Assembly: GCA_963699545.1 (NCBI GenBank)
Contig: CAVOUE010000003.1
Span: 352,001-416,000, forward strand
From: Nitrospirota bacterium
GTDB lineage: Bacteria; Nitrospirota; Thermodesulfovibrionia; Thermodesulfovibrionales; UBA9159
Reading direction: 5' to 3'
Length of the DNA: 64,000 nt
The position numbers and the translations under genes are program-made. How positions within the stretch are numbered: the first letter of the stretch is position 1; each line of letters begins with the position of its first letter. The notes under the pieces were generated by a model that did no database searches, had not been told where the DNA came from, and worked only from the letters and a program-made list of their open reading frames with translations. Of the stretch, positions 19,030-31,042 are shown piece by piece.

Positions 19030-19118
19030 CCATTCCCTACGCCGGAATTACCCGGATCAGGTTCAAGGGGTCTTCCCACAGATAAGGAAATTCTCAGGCC
19101 TTATGGCCTCCCCCAAGG
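19030..19118 (-). ncRNA. TPP riboswitch
   Basis: Minus strand ggggga...ctgaga...accccttgaacctgatccgggtaattccggcgtagggaa, upstream of thiS. Confidence 0.93.
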
Positions 19119-19208
19119 ATTACTTTATAATATACCATTCTTATTATTTTATCAAAGGTCCCGCTGCCACGCATTGACATCGGGATTGCCAAAGAGAAAT
19201 AATTAAAC

Positions 19209-20132
19209 ATGACGCCAAGATTTAACGCCTTCGGGCTTTTCCTCAAAAAAAGATTTGGTACCATTGTATACAAGGTGAACGTGGACGCCGGGTTTACCTG
19301 CCCTAACCGGGACGGCACCCTGGGGGTGACAGGATGCATCTACTGCAATAACGACAGCTTCAGGCCGTCGGAATGCAAGACCGAAATACCCCTCAGGGAA
19401 CAGATACGGAACGGGATAAAATACCTCTCGATGCGGTACAAGGCGAGCAAGTTCCTTGTCTATTTTCAGCCTTATACGAACACGTACGCACCGGTAGGGG
19501 AACTGGAAAGGATGTTTCGGGAGGCCCTTTCTCTTCCTTCAGTGATAGGCCTGGCCATAGGAACGAGGCCCGACTGTATCGATGAAGAGAAGATAAGGCT
19601 GCTCAGGGAGCTCGCAAAGGATCACTTTGTCCTGGTGGAATACGGATTGCAGTCGATCCACGACAAGTCCCTCCGGTATATCCTAAGGGGACACGACTAC
19701 AGGACCTTTCTTGAGGCGGTGGATATGACAAAAGAAAAAGGCATACATATCGGAGCCCATATTATTGCGGGCCTTCCTACCGAGACAAGGGGTGAGATGC
19801 TTGCCATGGCTGACGAACTCTCGACCATCCCTATAGGATTTCTAAAAATACATCAGCTCCAGGTGGTGAGAAATACCCCCCTCGCACAACAGTACCTGGA
19901 AAAGCCCTTTCCTACCTTCGGATATGACGAATATCTTGACTTCCTGGTGGATTTTATCGAACGTCTGTCCCCTGAGATCGTTCTCCAGAGACTGTTTGCG
20001 CTTTCTCCTGATGATATCCTCATCGCGCCGCAGTGGGGCAGGACCCGGCAGCAGATCCTGCGGGACATCAACGAACGGTTTAGCCGGAGGGAAGCGCTCC
20101 AGGGTTCAAAATGCCTCTGCTGCAAACACTGA
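19209..20132 (+). CDS. Radical SAM protein (TIGR01212/YhcC-like)
   Basis: GFTCPNRDG...GCIYC, YFQPYTNTY, GTRPDC. Confidence 0.9.
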   Translation: MTPRFNAFGLFLKKRFGTIVYKVNVDAGFTCPNRDGTLGVTGCIYCNNDSFRPSECKTEIPLREQIRNGIKYLSMRYKASKFLVYFQPYTNTYAPVGELERMFREALSLPSVIGLAIGTRPDCIDEEKIRLLRELAKDHFVLVEYGLQSIHDKSLRYILRGHDYRTFLEAVDMTKEKGIHIGAHIIAGLPTETRGEMLAMADELSTIPIGFLKIHQLQVVRNTPLAQQYLEKPFPTFGYDEYLDFLVDFIERLSPEIVLQRLFALSPDDILIAPQWGRTRQQILRDINERFSRREALQGSKCLCCKH

Positions 20133-20162
20133 TCTTCTTCTGCTTCTCCTCCCCATTGAATC

Positions 20163-20405
20163 GTGCCTGATCTGAAGGTTGATTTGATTGCTTATTCAGG
20201 CTCGAGAGGGGAAGAGATTCCCCGTTCGTTCATCCTCTCCGGCGAAAAGATTGAGGTCGTTTCCATTCTGGGAAGGTGGATTGAAGAGTCATCTGTGGGG
20301 ACGGGAAGGAAGAGGTTCTTTCACGTCCAGGGAAGCGACGGATACAGGCACAGGGTCTATTTTGATGAGGCAAAGAAGGTATGGTTCCTGACCGATGCCG
20401 GATAA
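20163..20405 (+). CDS. Hypothetical protein
   Basis: 80-aa ORF, YSGSRGEEIPRSF. Confidence 0.6.
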   Translation: MPDLKVDLIAYSGSRGEEIPRSFILSGEKIEVVSILGRWIEESSVGTGRKRFFHVQGSDGYRHRVYFDEAKKVWFLTDAG

Positions 20406-20419
20406 CCCTCAAGGCCACG

Positions 20420-20635
20420 TTAATCGAGGAGCCGGTAGCCAAGCTTCTCTATGCTCTCCCTGGAGATCTTTAGGACATCCTCTTCCATGATCTGTGAGTC
20501 ATCAAAGTCTATTACGATATTGCCATCCTCCGCATCAATGGAGTTTACGCCGTCCATCTTTCCGATGAACCTCATCAGCGCAAGGGAACATTCATCGCAG
20601 AATTCCTTCTGGACGTGTAACGAGATCTTCTTCAT
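20420..20635 (-). CDS. Heavy-metal-associated (HMA-like) domain protein
   Basis: CxxC (CDEC), DGV, IEKLGY; RBS present. Confidence 0.7.
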   Translation of the reverse strand: MKKISLHVQKEFCDECSLALMRFIGKMDGVNSIDAEDGNIVIDFDDSQIMEEDVLKISRESIEKLGYRLLD

Positions 20636-20709
20636 GAGCCTCCTCCTTCATGCGACATTATAGAGGTCAAAGGGGAATGGGTCAATCTCCTCCCAACTGG
20701 GAGGAAAGG

Positions 20710-21846
20710 TTATCCCCGGACAAGTTCGATGACCGTCACCTCAGGTGGGGATAAAAAGCGGATAGGTGGTCCCCATGTCCCCGATCCCCTGCTCACATAT
20801 AAAAGGGAACCCCCGCTGAGCTTTGCGAGTCCGGCTTCGTTTGGATAGTAAAGCCTGGTGGCGAGGCTGAAGGGGAATATCTGGCCCTTGTGAACATGTC
20901 CCGAAAGCTGAAGATCAAAAAGACGGGCGGCATCCCTTTCCACAAGGGGTCTGTGCTTGAGGAGGAGGGTAAACTTTTGCCGGGGAAGCGATGAAAGCAG
21001 ATCCCTCTCAGAAATCCCTGTTCCGGGGTCAAAGAGTTTCCCGGCAGGGTCGTCCACCCCTGCAATGTTGATCGCATCGGCTACAGTAACCCCTCTCCCC
21101 CTGAGAAGCGTGAAGCCTGCCAGTTCGGTGAAACAGCGGGAGTTTTCGAGCCCCGCATAGAATTCGTGGTTTCCTGTGACCGCGAATTTTCCGTATTTTG
21201 GCTCGATCTCTTTTAAGAGGTCTGAAAGGCCGTTCAGCTTACAGACCTGTCCGTCCACGAGGTCCCCTGTTGATACAAGGATATCCGGCTTCTCGGCCTT
21301 CACGATCTCAAGGATCCTCTGTAGTCTCTGTTCTCTCACAATGAGCCCGAGATGGACATCAGAGATCTGGACGATCTTCAGCCTGCCGACGTCCGCCGGA
21401 ATTTTTTGGGTCTTGACAACTATCCTTTCCATGCGGATATCCCTTGCCTCAAAATACCCATAGACTGCTATGGATAAGGAGATCAGAAGGCCGACGGAAA
21501 AAGAATGGCGTGCCGAAAGGGTGAAGGAAGAAGGTTCCTGTTGTAGAATGAGTCCTGACACCCACACCAGAAGCGTGAACACATCCATGACAAGGGAGAC
21601 GGAGAAGAACAAGAAAAGGACAGCTCCCCAGACAAATCCGATATGCGCCATAACCCGTGCAAAGAGCTCAAAACCGAATCGCTCGGAATAGCGCACAATG
21701 ACCGGGGCAAGGACCATGAGCAGCATGAAAAGTGCGAGGAGGATACCGGCGGCGGATCCGAACGCGAGGGCCGCCTTTGCCTTCAGGAAGGCATAGAGGT
21801 GTATGCCTCCGTAAACCAGGAAAAAGGTTACCAGGAAGAGTCTCAT
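20710..21846 (-). CDS. Membrane-anchored metallophosphoesterase
   Basis: SDVH, GDLVD, GNHE, SGHVH; N-terminal transmembrane helices. Confidence 0.9.
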   Translation of the reverse strand: MRLFLVTFFLVYGGIHLYAFLKAKAALAFGSAAGILLALFMLLMVLAPVIVRYSERFGFELFARVMAHIGFVWGAVLFLFFSVSLVMDVFTLLVWVSGLILQQEPSSFTLSARHSFSVGLLISLSIAVYGYFEARDIRMERIVVKTQKIPADVGRLKIVQISDVHLGLIVREQRLQRILEIVKAEKPDILVSTGDLVDGQVCKLNGLSDLLKEIEPKYGKFAVTGNHEFYAGLENSRCFTELAGFTLLRGRGVTVADAINIAGVDDPAGKLFDPGTGISERDLLSSLPRQKFTLLLKHRPLVERDAARLFDLQLSGHVHKGQIFPFSLATRLYYPNEAGLAKLSGGSLLYVSRGSGTWGPPIRFLSPPEVTVIELVRG

Positions 21847-21967
21847 TCTGTTCCCTCAGGAAACGTCCTTCTCTCTTTAGGCATACGCCTTCTTATAGGA
21901 AATAACTGACTATCCAGATTATAGCAGAACCCGTTTGTTCTCTCTGAGCATGAGGGGAGAGGTGAAG

Positions 21968-22429
21968 CTATTTCCTGAATATCCTGTGGCACCTGACACA
22001 CGCGTCGAGGAGCCTGTGTGTCTGCCTCTGGATAACCCTCGCGTTGTTTTCCCTGGCCGCCTTGAGAAGGAGGTCGAGTTCGCGGTGGAATTTATTGTCC
22101 AGCCTGACAAATTCCCTGAAGCGTTTCTGGTTCCTGGGGAGCACGATCTTTGCCCCACCCTTGACCGCCTGCTCGACCTGCACCCTCACTTTGTTTGTCT
22201 CCTGGAAGGCCGGAACGATCCTTCCCGGTTCGTTCAGCACGATGGCATCCACCGTAACCTTGAGAGCGCTGTCAAGGGCAATCATCTCTTTCTGGATCAG
22301 GTTACCCGATTCCGACTGTCCACTGCCCGGTGCGATCCCGAAGCAGAAGAGCGCTACCATGCAACAGAACGCAAATACCACTGCCAGCAGGCACATCCCG
22401 TGAAGGCGATTATCGGGAGCGCGCATCAA
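21968..22429 (-). CDS. Exported class II (c'-like) cytochrome c
   Basis: Signal-like N-terminus, single C-terminal CVRCH. Confidence 0.7.
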   Translation of the reverse strand: MMRAPDNRLHGMCLLAVVFAFCCMVALFCFGIAPGSGQSESGNLIQKEMIALDSALKVTVDAIVLNEPGRIVPAFQETNKVRVQVEQAVKGGAKIVLPRNQKRFREFVRLDNKFHRELDLLLKAARENNARVIQRQTHRLLDACVRCHRIFRK

Positions 22430-22893
22430 AAGGTTCCCCCGTGTCCGGCCCAGACGCCGAAAAAGACCGCTGCAAGACTCACTCCAAGGATGACCCAGTG
22501 AAATCTTGCCAGCAGGGCAAACACTCTTGTGGCGTCATATTTGTTAGGATCACTAAAGATTATCTTGAATATCCTCTTTTCGAACGTGAGCACGAAGGTG
22601 TAAAAGACCCATGCAACGAGCATAATGGAAACGCCCACCGTCTTCCTTGTAAAGAGCATGGTATGCAGGCCTGTCATGTATAAAAGGAGGAACCCGGTGA
22701 TTCCCGCTATCCAGGCGTAGTACCGAGCCTGTTTTGCAAAGATGCTTTCCACCCGCTGGAACATGAGGACCTTCTCAAGAGAATCACCCATCTGCAAGAG
22801 CATCGGAAAGATTATTATGGTTACAAAACTTACCCCGCCGATCCAGAGCACGACAACGGTGACATGGACAGCGGTGAGGAGAGGTGCGAGCAT
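22426..22893 (-). CDS. Integral membrane protein (CopD-like N-terminus)
   Basis: VHVTVVVLWIGG, four hydrophobic segments. Confidence 0.7.
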   Translation of the reverse strand: MLAPLLTAVHVTVVVLWIGGVSFVTIIIFPMLLQMGDSLEKVLMFQRVESIFAKQARYYAWIAGITGFLLLYMTGLHTMLFTRKTVGVSIMLVAWVFYTFVLTFEKRIFKIIFSDPNKYDATRVFALLARFHWVILGVSLAAVFFGVWAGHGGTF

Positions 22894-22974
22894 TATTGCC
22901 TCCTTTGAGATGGCTGATGGCTCAATTATATCATTTTACCGTGAGGAGGGGCATTCCGTACCGTCCGACGGTTT

Positions 22975-23713
22975 TTACCATGTGAGAGATGAGCGGGCAA
23001 GGGTCACTACAAGGACTTCTTCCGCCCCTGCTTTCATAAGGGCTTTAGCGCATTCCCTCGCTGTGGCGCCGGTGGTCATAACATCATCCACCAGGATCAG
23101 ACGGTGCTTGTGGAGCCTCCCTTTGACTTCAAAGGAATTCCTGAGGTTCCTGGCCCGATCCTTTGCGTCGAGGCCTATCTGAGGCAAGGTCTCCCGTTTC
23201 TTAAAGAGAAGGTTCCTATGAACCGGTATCCTGAGATGGCGGGAAAGAGGCTTCGACAGCAGAAGCACCTGGTTGAACCCTCGCTCCCTCAGAGTCCTGG
23301 TGGACACCGGCACCGGAACAATACCGTCCATATCCGGGATGGGAAGTTCTGTTAAGAGCTTCCCCATGGGTAGTGCGAGTCTTCCTCAGCCCTGAGAATT
23401 TAAGCAGATGGATGGCCTCAGACAGGGCACCTGAATAGAGCCCGTAATTCAGGACTGTGGAGAAGGGGGACGCATGGCGAAGGCATTCTCCACATCGTCC
23501 GGAGTATTCCGACACGAGCGGTGAGGCGCATATCGTACATGAGGGACCTGTGTAACGCCGAATGGATCCCCAGCAGCTGGCGCAAAGGGGTGCATAGGAA
23601 ATGGTATCAGTAGGATTCTTGCAGAGAGGACACGACGAGGGATAGAGCAGAGAAAAGAGGGAAGACGCTAAACGTAAGCCGTTACGTCTAATATAGCGCC
23701 GCATTTCCCGCAC
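22975..23713 (-). CDS. comF: ComF-family protein (frameshift near 23385)
   Basis: N-terminal CxxC pairs, ERGFNQ, LVDDVMTTGAT. Confidence 0.85.
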
Positions 23714-24198
23714 TTCGGGCTGAACTGAAGTCTTTCCTTTGGGACCTTGTTTTTCACGTGGCAGCCTTGACAGGACACGATAACGGATTCGGCGGTGCGG
23801 TGAGAGGTCTCTTCAGATTTCATCTCGGTCGCTTCATGATGGCTGGCGGCTGAACGCTCATGGTGTCCGGTGTCCTCAGGTTCATCGCTGGCCTCGAAAT
23901 TCTTGAAAAATTCAAGGTAATTCGGATCCCGTTCGACCAACTCCACTCCCATGCCATTTTTTAACATGCTGAGGGCAGTCTTTATTGTTCTTCTGACAAC
24001 GCCTTTGAGGAGGCTAACCTTACCGTCAGGCAGGTAGACCTCTATTTCGATGACACTGCCCGGGGTCAGTCCATGCTGCGTCCTTATGAAAAGGCCGGCG
24101 GATGAAAAGTCACTCGAAATGCCCCTGTATTTCAGTCCGCCCGATGTGAATGTTACTTCAAGTCTCTTCGTGAATCTCTGACAGTATCTTCGACGCAT
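23668..24198 (-). CDS. PilZ-domain protein with C-terminal zinc ribbon
   Basis: RxxxR, DFSSAGLFI, GMGVE; CQGC...KNKVP...PKCGKC. Confidence 0.8.
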   Translation of the reverse strand: MRRRYCQRFTKRLEVTFTSGGLKYRGISSDFSSAGLFIRTQHGLTPGSVIEIEVYLPDGKVSLLKGVVRRTIKTALSMLKNGMGVELVERDPNYLEFFKNFEASDEPEDTGHHERSAASHHEATEMKSEETSHRTAESVIVSCQGCHVKNKVPKERLQFSPKCGKCGAILDVTAYV

Positions 24199-25488
<1,290 letters not shown>

Positions 25489-25598
25489 TTAACCCCTCGA
25501 TGAGAAATAAGCATCTGTCTCACTGAAACCCTGGTCGCCCGAATCGCCTCCGGACAACGCATTCCTGCTGTCGCATTCCCGTGAAAGGACAATCTGAT

Positions 25599-27179
25599 TC
25601 AGAGGGATACTACCTTTACGGAAAGGATATTCGGCATCTTCTTTATATCTTCCAGTTGAGCCGCTGTCACCGGTGTATCGATGCTCACCACCGATATCGC
25701 CATTCCCCCCGCCGCCTCTCTTCCAAAATGCATCCTCGCAATATTAATGCTGCATTTGCCAAGATAGGAACCGATATTGCCGATGACGCCGGGCTTGTCA
25801 TTATTATACATAAAGAGCATATTTCCCTCTGGCGCGATCTCCACGGGGAAATTATTTATCTTCACGATCCTTGGGTCCATCCTCCCCAGCAGAGTCCCCG
25901 CAAGATAGTTTTCCTTTCCGTTTATCCTCACCCTGAGGATGATCATGCTCTGAAAATCGCCTCCGTCGGCATTTTTCATCTCCTTGACCGCAATGCCCCG
26001 CTCTTTCGCGATAACGGACGCATTGACGAAATTCACGGTTTCTTCAAGGATCGGCGTCAGGAAGCCCTTCAGCAACGCAATGTTCAACGGCGCTGTGTTC
26101 AGCGACGACGCTTCCCCCCTGTACTCTATGGTCATCTCAGTGACAGCACCCTCAAAGACCTGAGCCGCAAAACTCCCCAGCTTCTCCGCAAGGGTCAAAT
26201 AGGGATGAAGCCTCAAGACCTGGTCGGCAGGCACTGAGGGGAAGTTCACCGCATTACGGATAACCCCGCTGATGAGATAGTCCACAACCTGCTCTGCGAC
26301 AGCAACGGCTACGTTTTCCTGGGCTTCTTCAGTGGCAGCACCGAGATGGGGTGTGCATATGAGATTGTCAAGGGTCAGGAGCGGGTTATCCCCCGGGGGT
26401 TCCTTCTCAAAGACATCCAGGGCAGCCCCTGCAACCTTGCCGCTCTTGAGGGCCTCGTAAAGGTCAGTCTCATTGACAATACCGCCCCGTGCGCAATTGA
26501 TAATCCTCACGCCGTCTTTCATTCCAAGGATGGTCTTCTTGCTGATGAGATTCTTTGTCTCCGCAGTAATGGGCGTATGCACGGTGATGAAATCGGAACG
26601 ACCGAAGAGTGCGGGCAGTTCGACTTTCTCGACACCCATCTCTTTTGCATTTTCTTCGCTGAGGTAGGGATCATAACCGATCACGTTCATTTCCAGGGCG
26701 AGGGCCCTTCGTGCAACCTGTTTTCCGATTGCGCCCATCCCTATTATGCCGATAGTCTTGTTGTAGAGTTCGACACCCATGAAACGCTTTTTTTCCCATT
26801 TGCCGTTTTTCATGGATGCCGTTGCCTGGGGGACCATCCTTGCCAGGGCGAACATGAGGGCTATGGTATGTTCTGCCGTGGTAATGGTATTTCCACCCGG
26901 CGTGTTCATCACCACGATGCCCTTCTTGGTGGCAGCAACCTTGTCCACATTGTCCAGTCCGGATCCGGCCCTCCCTATGACCTTCAAGCTGGTGGCTGCT
27001 TCCACGACATCTGCGGTCACCTTGGTGGCGCTTCTGATGATGAGCCCGTGGTATTCACCGATGCAGGCCTTGAGTTCCTCGGGGTTCATCCCTGTCTTCA
27101 CCTCAACGTCGAGGCCTGACTTCTTCAGTATGTCGATCCCCTGGGGGGACAAGTTGTCGCTTATGAGAACCTTCATCAA
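25599..27179 (-). CDS. serA: D-3-phosphoglycerate dehydrogenase
   Basis: GRAGSGLDNVD, NCARGG, TPHLGA, C-terminal ACT domain. Confidence 0.96.
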   Translation of the reverse strand: MMKVLISDNLSPQGIDILKKSGLDVEVKTGMNPEELKACIGEYHGLIIRSATKVTADVVEAATSLKVIGRAGSGLDNVDKVAATKKGIVVMNTPGGNTITTAEHTIALMFALARMVPQATASMKNGKWEKKRFMGVELYNKTIGIIGMGAIGKQVARRALALEMNVIGYDPYLSEENAKEMGVEKVELPALFGRSDFITVHTPITAETKNLISKKTILGMKDGVRIINCARGGIVNETDLYEALKSGKVAGAALDVFEKEPPGDNPLLTLDNLICTPHLGAATEEAQENVAVAVAEQVVDYLISGVIRNAVNFPSVPADQVLRLHPYLTLAEKLGSFAAQVFEGAVTEMTIEYRGEASSLNTAPLNIALLKGFLTPILEETVNFVNASVIAKERGIAVKEMKNADGGDFQSMIILRVRINGKENYLAGTLLGRMDPRIVKINNFPVEIAPEGNMLFMYNNDKPGVIGNIGSYLGKCSINIARMHFGREAAGGMAISVVSIDTPVTAAQLEDIKKMPNILSVKVVSL

Positions 27180-27188
27180 TCCTCCCGG

Positions 27189-28331
27189 TTACTTCATCAA
27201 GAGTTCTTCAGCAACTGCCACCCCCGAACCGAGTGTTATGGGGTATCCCATGGATTTCAGAACCATCTCCACCCCGGCAATTGCTGTAATGATGTCGAAT
27301 GTATCTGCATACCCTAAGTGGGCTATCCTGAATATCTTGCCTTTTGCCTGCCCCTGGCCGCCTGCGGCAGTGATGCCGTACTTGACTCTCAGATTCTTGT
27401 AGATCTCCTGACCATCAAGGCCATCGGGCGCCTTTATTGCGGTGACCGAGTCGCTCGGCGACTCTTTTGAGAACAGCTCCAGATGAAGGGCCTTCACCGC
27501 CGCCCGCGTGGCATTGGCAAGCCTCCTGTGGCGTGCAAACGCATTTTCAAGTCCTTCTTTCTGAAGAAGTTTCAGACATTCATTCAATCCTATGATCAAG
27601 GTCACCGGAGAGGTGAAATTCGTCTGGTTCTTGGCCAGAGATTCTCTCTCCTTCTTGAAATTGAAATAGAAATGCGGACACTTCGCGCTTTCGGCAAACT
27701 TCCATGCCTTGTCGCTGATCCCCACAAAGGCGAGCCCCGGGGGAAGCATGAGTCCCTTCTGCGAGCCACCGATCAGGACGTCAATCCCCCAGTCATCCAT
27801 TTTGAGGTCATGGGCAACAAGGGCGGAGATCGCATCAACAACGAGAATGGTGCCGCTGTATTTCCTGACGACTGAGGCAATGGACTCTATGTCGTGGTAG
27901 ACACCCGTTGAGGTTTCGGAGGCCTGAACAAAGACACCCCTTATGGAAGGGTCTGCCCTTAGTGCCTTCTCGATCTCCTCAGGTCTTACCGTGTACCCCC
28001 AATCGATCTTCATCTCCGTCACATCGAGTCCGTAGGCCTTGCATATCTTGGTCCATCTTTCACCGAAGTTCCCGGCATTAATGACGAGGGCCTTGTCTCC
28101 AGGGCTGAAGAGGTTGTTCACCGAGCCCACCATGCCCCCTGTCCCGGAAGAACAAAGGATGAGCACATCCTTTGTTGTCTGGCAAAGCCACTGAAGACCT
28201 TTCTTTGCCGCATCGAGCACAGGGAGAAAATCGGGTGACCTGTGATGAATAATGGGCATTGCCATGGCAAGCAGGGCTTCAGATGGCACGGGTGTTGGTC
28301 CCGGAGCAAGCAGATACCGTTTTAGCATCAA
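27189..28331 (-). CDS. Class V aminotransferase (serine-pyruvate/alanine-glyoxylate type; likely phosphoserine aminotransferase role)
   Basis: LAPGPTP, ETSTG, VDAIS, GSQKGLMLPPG; directly upstream of serA. Confidence 0.9.
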   Translation of the reverse strand: MMLKRYLLAPGPTPVPSEALLAMAMPIIHHRSPDFLPVLDAAKKGLQWLCQTTKDVLILCSSGTGGMVGSVNNLFSPGDKALVINAGNFGERWTKICKAYGLDVTEMKIDWGYTVRPEEIEKALRADPSIRGVFVQASETSTGVYHDIESIASVVRKYSGTILVVDAISALVAHDLKMDDWGIDVLIGGSQKGLMLPPGLAFVGISDKAWKFAESAKCPHFYFNFKKERESLAKNQTNFTSPVTLIIGLNECLKLLQKEGLENAFARHRRLANATRAAVKALHLELFSKESPSDSVTAIKAPDGLDGQEIYKNLRVKYGITAAGGQGQAKGKIFRIAHLGYADTFDIITAIAGVEMVLKSMGYPITLGSGVAVAEELLMK

Positions 28332-28513
28332 TTCCTCCTTATAACTTTACAACGCAGGGGCAAAGCGGGACGATAACTGTCTGGTAGTATCCTTATCCCC
28401 CTACGCTTTACTTTCCTCAACCCCCTTTTGCGGTCGTTTAGCATATCTTATGGAGCGCTCTTTGGTCAAGATTGCTTTACAAGCTTATGAAAGGATTAGT
28501 ATAATTAATAAAT

Positions 28514-29980
28514 ATGAAGAAAAAGGTTTTTGCAGGAATCGCCATCCTCCTGGTAGGGTTTCTCCTGGGAGGAGTTTCTTATTACATCATGGGGAAAATG
28601 ATTTCTCCCCCCTCTTTCCGCACCCCCTTTGACCCGAGGGTGCCCGGCCAGATGATCGAGACGAGCAGGGCCTTTTCCGAGATTGTGCAGGCCGTCTCCC
28701 CTGCAGTCGTGAATATATCCACCACGAAAACGGTGCGCAGGGATGCCTTGCCTTTCTCGGAGGACCCCTTTTTCGATCTCTTCAAGCCATTTCATGATTT
28801 TGGTCTCCCGAAGAAATGGAAAGAGCAGAGCCTCGGTTCAGGGGTGATCGTAACCGCTGACGGCTACATCATTACGAACAACCATGTGGTGGAAAAGTCT
28901 GAGGATATAAGAGTAACCCTCTTTGACAAGAGGAGTTTTCGTGGCAAGGTAGTGGGAGCGGATCCCAAGACGGATATCGCTGTGGTGAAGATCTCTGCTG
29001 AGAAACTGCCCACAATTCCCTGGGGTGATTCGGATAAATTGCAGGTGGGCGAATTTGTCCTCGCCATAGGCAACCCTTTCGGCCTCAGCCACACCGTGAC
29101 CATGGGGATCATCAGCGCAGTGGGCAGGGCCAATGTGGGGATTGCGGATTACGAGGATTTTATCCAGACCGATGCAGCCATCAACCCCGGCAACTCCGGC
29201 GGTCCACTTGTGAATATAAAAGGTGAACTTATCGGCATCAATACCGCAATTTTTTCGAGGAGCGGAGGGTATCAGGGCATCGGCTTCGCAGTTCCGAGCA
29301 ATATGTCCCGGCTTGTGATGGATCAGCTCATGAAACAGGGAAAGATCGTCCGGGGCTGGCTCGGCGTGACCATCCAGGACATTACCCCTGAACTTTCCCA
29401 GAAGTTCGGCCTTAAGAATTCCAATGGAGCCCTCGTAGGTGATATTGCCAAGGGCAGCCCGGCTGAGAAGGCGGGCATTGTGCGGGGCGACGTGATCCTT
29501 GAGTTCAATGGGAAGGAGATTAAGAGCGTCGGGAGCCTGCGGAATATGGTTGCCCAGAGCAAGGTAGGTTCCCAGGCGAAAGTGAAGATCCTCCGGAACG
29601 GCAAGGAATATGAAATGTCCGTTGTGATCGCTGAACTTCCCAGGGAGGTTGCCGGAGCCCCTGCAGAACCGTCGCCGGAGGATTTCCAGAAGAATGCCTT
29701 TTCCGGTATTACGGTAATGGACCTCTCAAAAGAGATCGCGAGGCAGCTGGGCCTCGGCGCAAATGAAAAGGGAGTCGTTGTGGTGAAGATCGAACCGGGG
29801 TCCACGGCTGATGAGGCCGGTCTTAAGAAAGGAGACGTGATTCAGGAGATGGACAGGAAAAGAGTGGGAGGGGTCGGGGATTTTAACAGGATAACCTCAG
29901 CCATAGAGCCTGGTGACACAACCCTGCTTTTCGTGAACAGGGGAGGGAGAAGGTTTTATATAACGATAAGAGGGTCATGA
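28514..29980 (+). CDS. HtrA/DegP/DegQ serine protease
   Basis: TNNHV, DIAV, GNSGG, two PDZ domains. Confidence 0.95.
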   Translation: MKKKVFAGIAILLVGFLLGGVSYYIMGKMISPPSFRTPFDPRVPGQMIETSRAFSEIVQAVSPAVVNISTTKTVRRDALPFSEDPFFDLFKPFHDFGLPKKWKEQSLGSGVIVTADGYIITNNHVVEKSEDIRVTLFDKRSFRGKVVGADPKTDIAVVKISAEKLPTIPWGDSDKLQVGEFVLAIGNPFGLSHTVTMGIISAVGRANVGIADYEDFIQTDAAINPGNSGGPLVNIKGELIGINTAIFSRSGGYQGIGFAVPSNMSRLVMDQLMKQGKIVRGWLGVTIQDITPELSQKFGLKNSNGALVGDIAKGSPAEKAGIVRGDVILEFNGKEIKSVGSLRNMVAQSKVGSQAKVKILRNGKEYEMSVVIAELPREVAGAPAEPSPEDFQKNAFSGITVMDLSKEIARQLGLGANEKGVVVVKIEPGSTADEAGLKKGDVIQEMDRKRVGGVGDFNRITSAIEPGDTTLLFVNRGGRRFYITIRGS

Positions 29981-30028
29981 TGCAGGAACGTAGGACCCAT
30001 CACGTCTTGTAGGGAAGGAGGTGAGATA

Positions 30029-31033
30029 ATGTTGCTTGTCATAAGGATAGCAGTCTTATCAGTGTTCGTATTGTCGGGGTATTTTATTGGTCTGAAGTAT
30101 AATGCATTTATTGAGGGAACCGCCCTTGGTCTCCTGTGCGGAATACTTTCGTTCCTTCTTGAGAGGGCGTTCAGGAAGGTTTCCCTGGGGAGGGTCATCG
30201 GCGCACTGGCAGGACTTCTCACAGGTATCGTTTTCGCAAACCTCATTCTCCTGCCTCTCAGGAGGATCATTCCTGATATATCGCTGGCCTCATTCATTCT
30301 GAATGCACTGTTGGGATATGGAGGGCTCCTCATGGGTCTGAAAAGGGGGGAGAATCTCACGCTCCCCGGTATTTTCAGGATATTTAAGGGACAGGACTCT
30401 GATGAGCATCTCAAGATACTTGATACGAGCGTCATCATTGACGGCAGAATAGCTGATGTCTGTGATGCCGGATTCCTGGACGGGATATTTCTCGTCCCCC
30501 AGTTCATATTGCAGGAACTCCAGCACATCGCTGACTCGCCGGATGCCCTGAAAAGAGCGCGGGGGAGGCGGGGGCTCGATATTCTCCACAGGGTACAGAA
30601 GATGGCCCATATTACAGTGAGGATAACGGATGAGGACTTCCCGAAGATCAAGGAGGTGGATTCAAAGCTTGTCGCCCTTGCAAGGGTCCATGATGCAAAG
30701 GTGATCACCAATGATTTTAATCTCAACAAGGTAGCTGAACTTCAGGGTGTTACCGTGCTGAATATCAATGAGCTTGCCAATGCTCTGAAGCCCGTTGTCC
30801 TTCCCGGTGAGGCGTTGCGGGTTTTCGTGATCAAGGAGGGCAAGGAATATAACCAGGGCGTTGCATACCTTGATGACGGGACCATGGTGGTGGTCGAGAA
30901 CGGCAGGAGGCTTATCGGGAAGAACGCGGAGGTCGCGGTCACCAGTGTTCTCCAGACCACTGCGGGGAGGATGATATTCTCCAAGCCGAAGGAAGAATAC
31001 GAACGGGAAGAGTTCAAGGCAGTCAAGTCATAA
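30029..31033 (+). CDS. Membrane PIN/TRAM-domain protein (YacL-like)
   Basis: [31 protein letters not shown]. Confidence 0.93.
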   Translation: MLLVIRIAVLSVFVLSGYFIGLKYNAFIEGTALGLLCGILSFLLERAFRKVSLGRVIGALAGLLTGIVFANLILLPLRRIIPDISLASFILNALLGYGGLLMGLKRGENLTLPGIFRIFKGQDSDEHLKILDTSVIIDGRIADVCDAGFLDGIFLVPQFILQELQHIADSPDALKRARGRRGLDILHRVQKMAHITVRITDEDFPKIKEVDSKLVALARVHDAKVITNDFNLNKVAELQGVTVLNINELANALKPVVLPGEALRVFVIKEGKEYNQGVAYLDDGTMVVVENGRRLIGKNAEVAVTSVLQTTAGRMIFSKPKEEYEREEFKAVKS

Positions 31034-31042
31034 AGCGGACAT

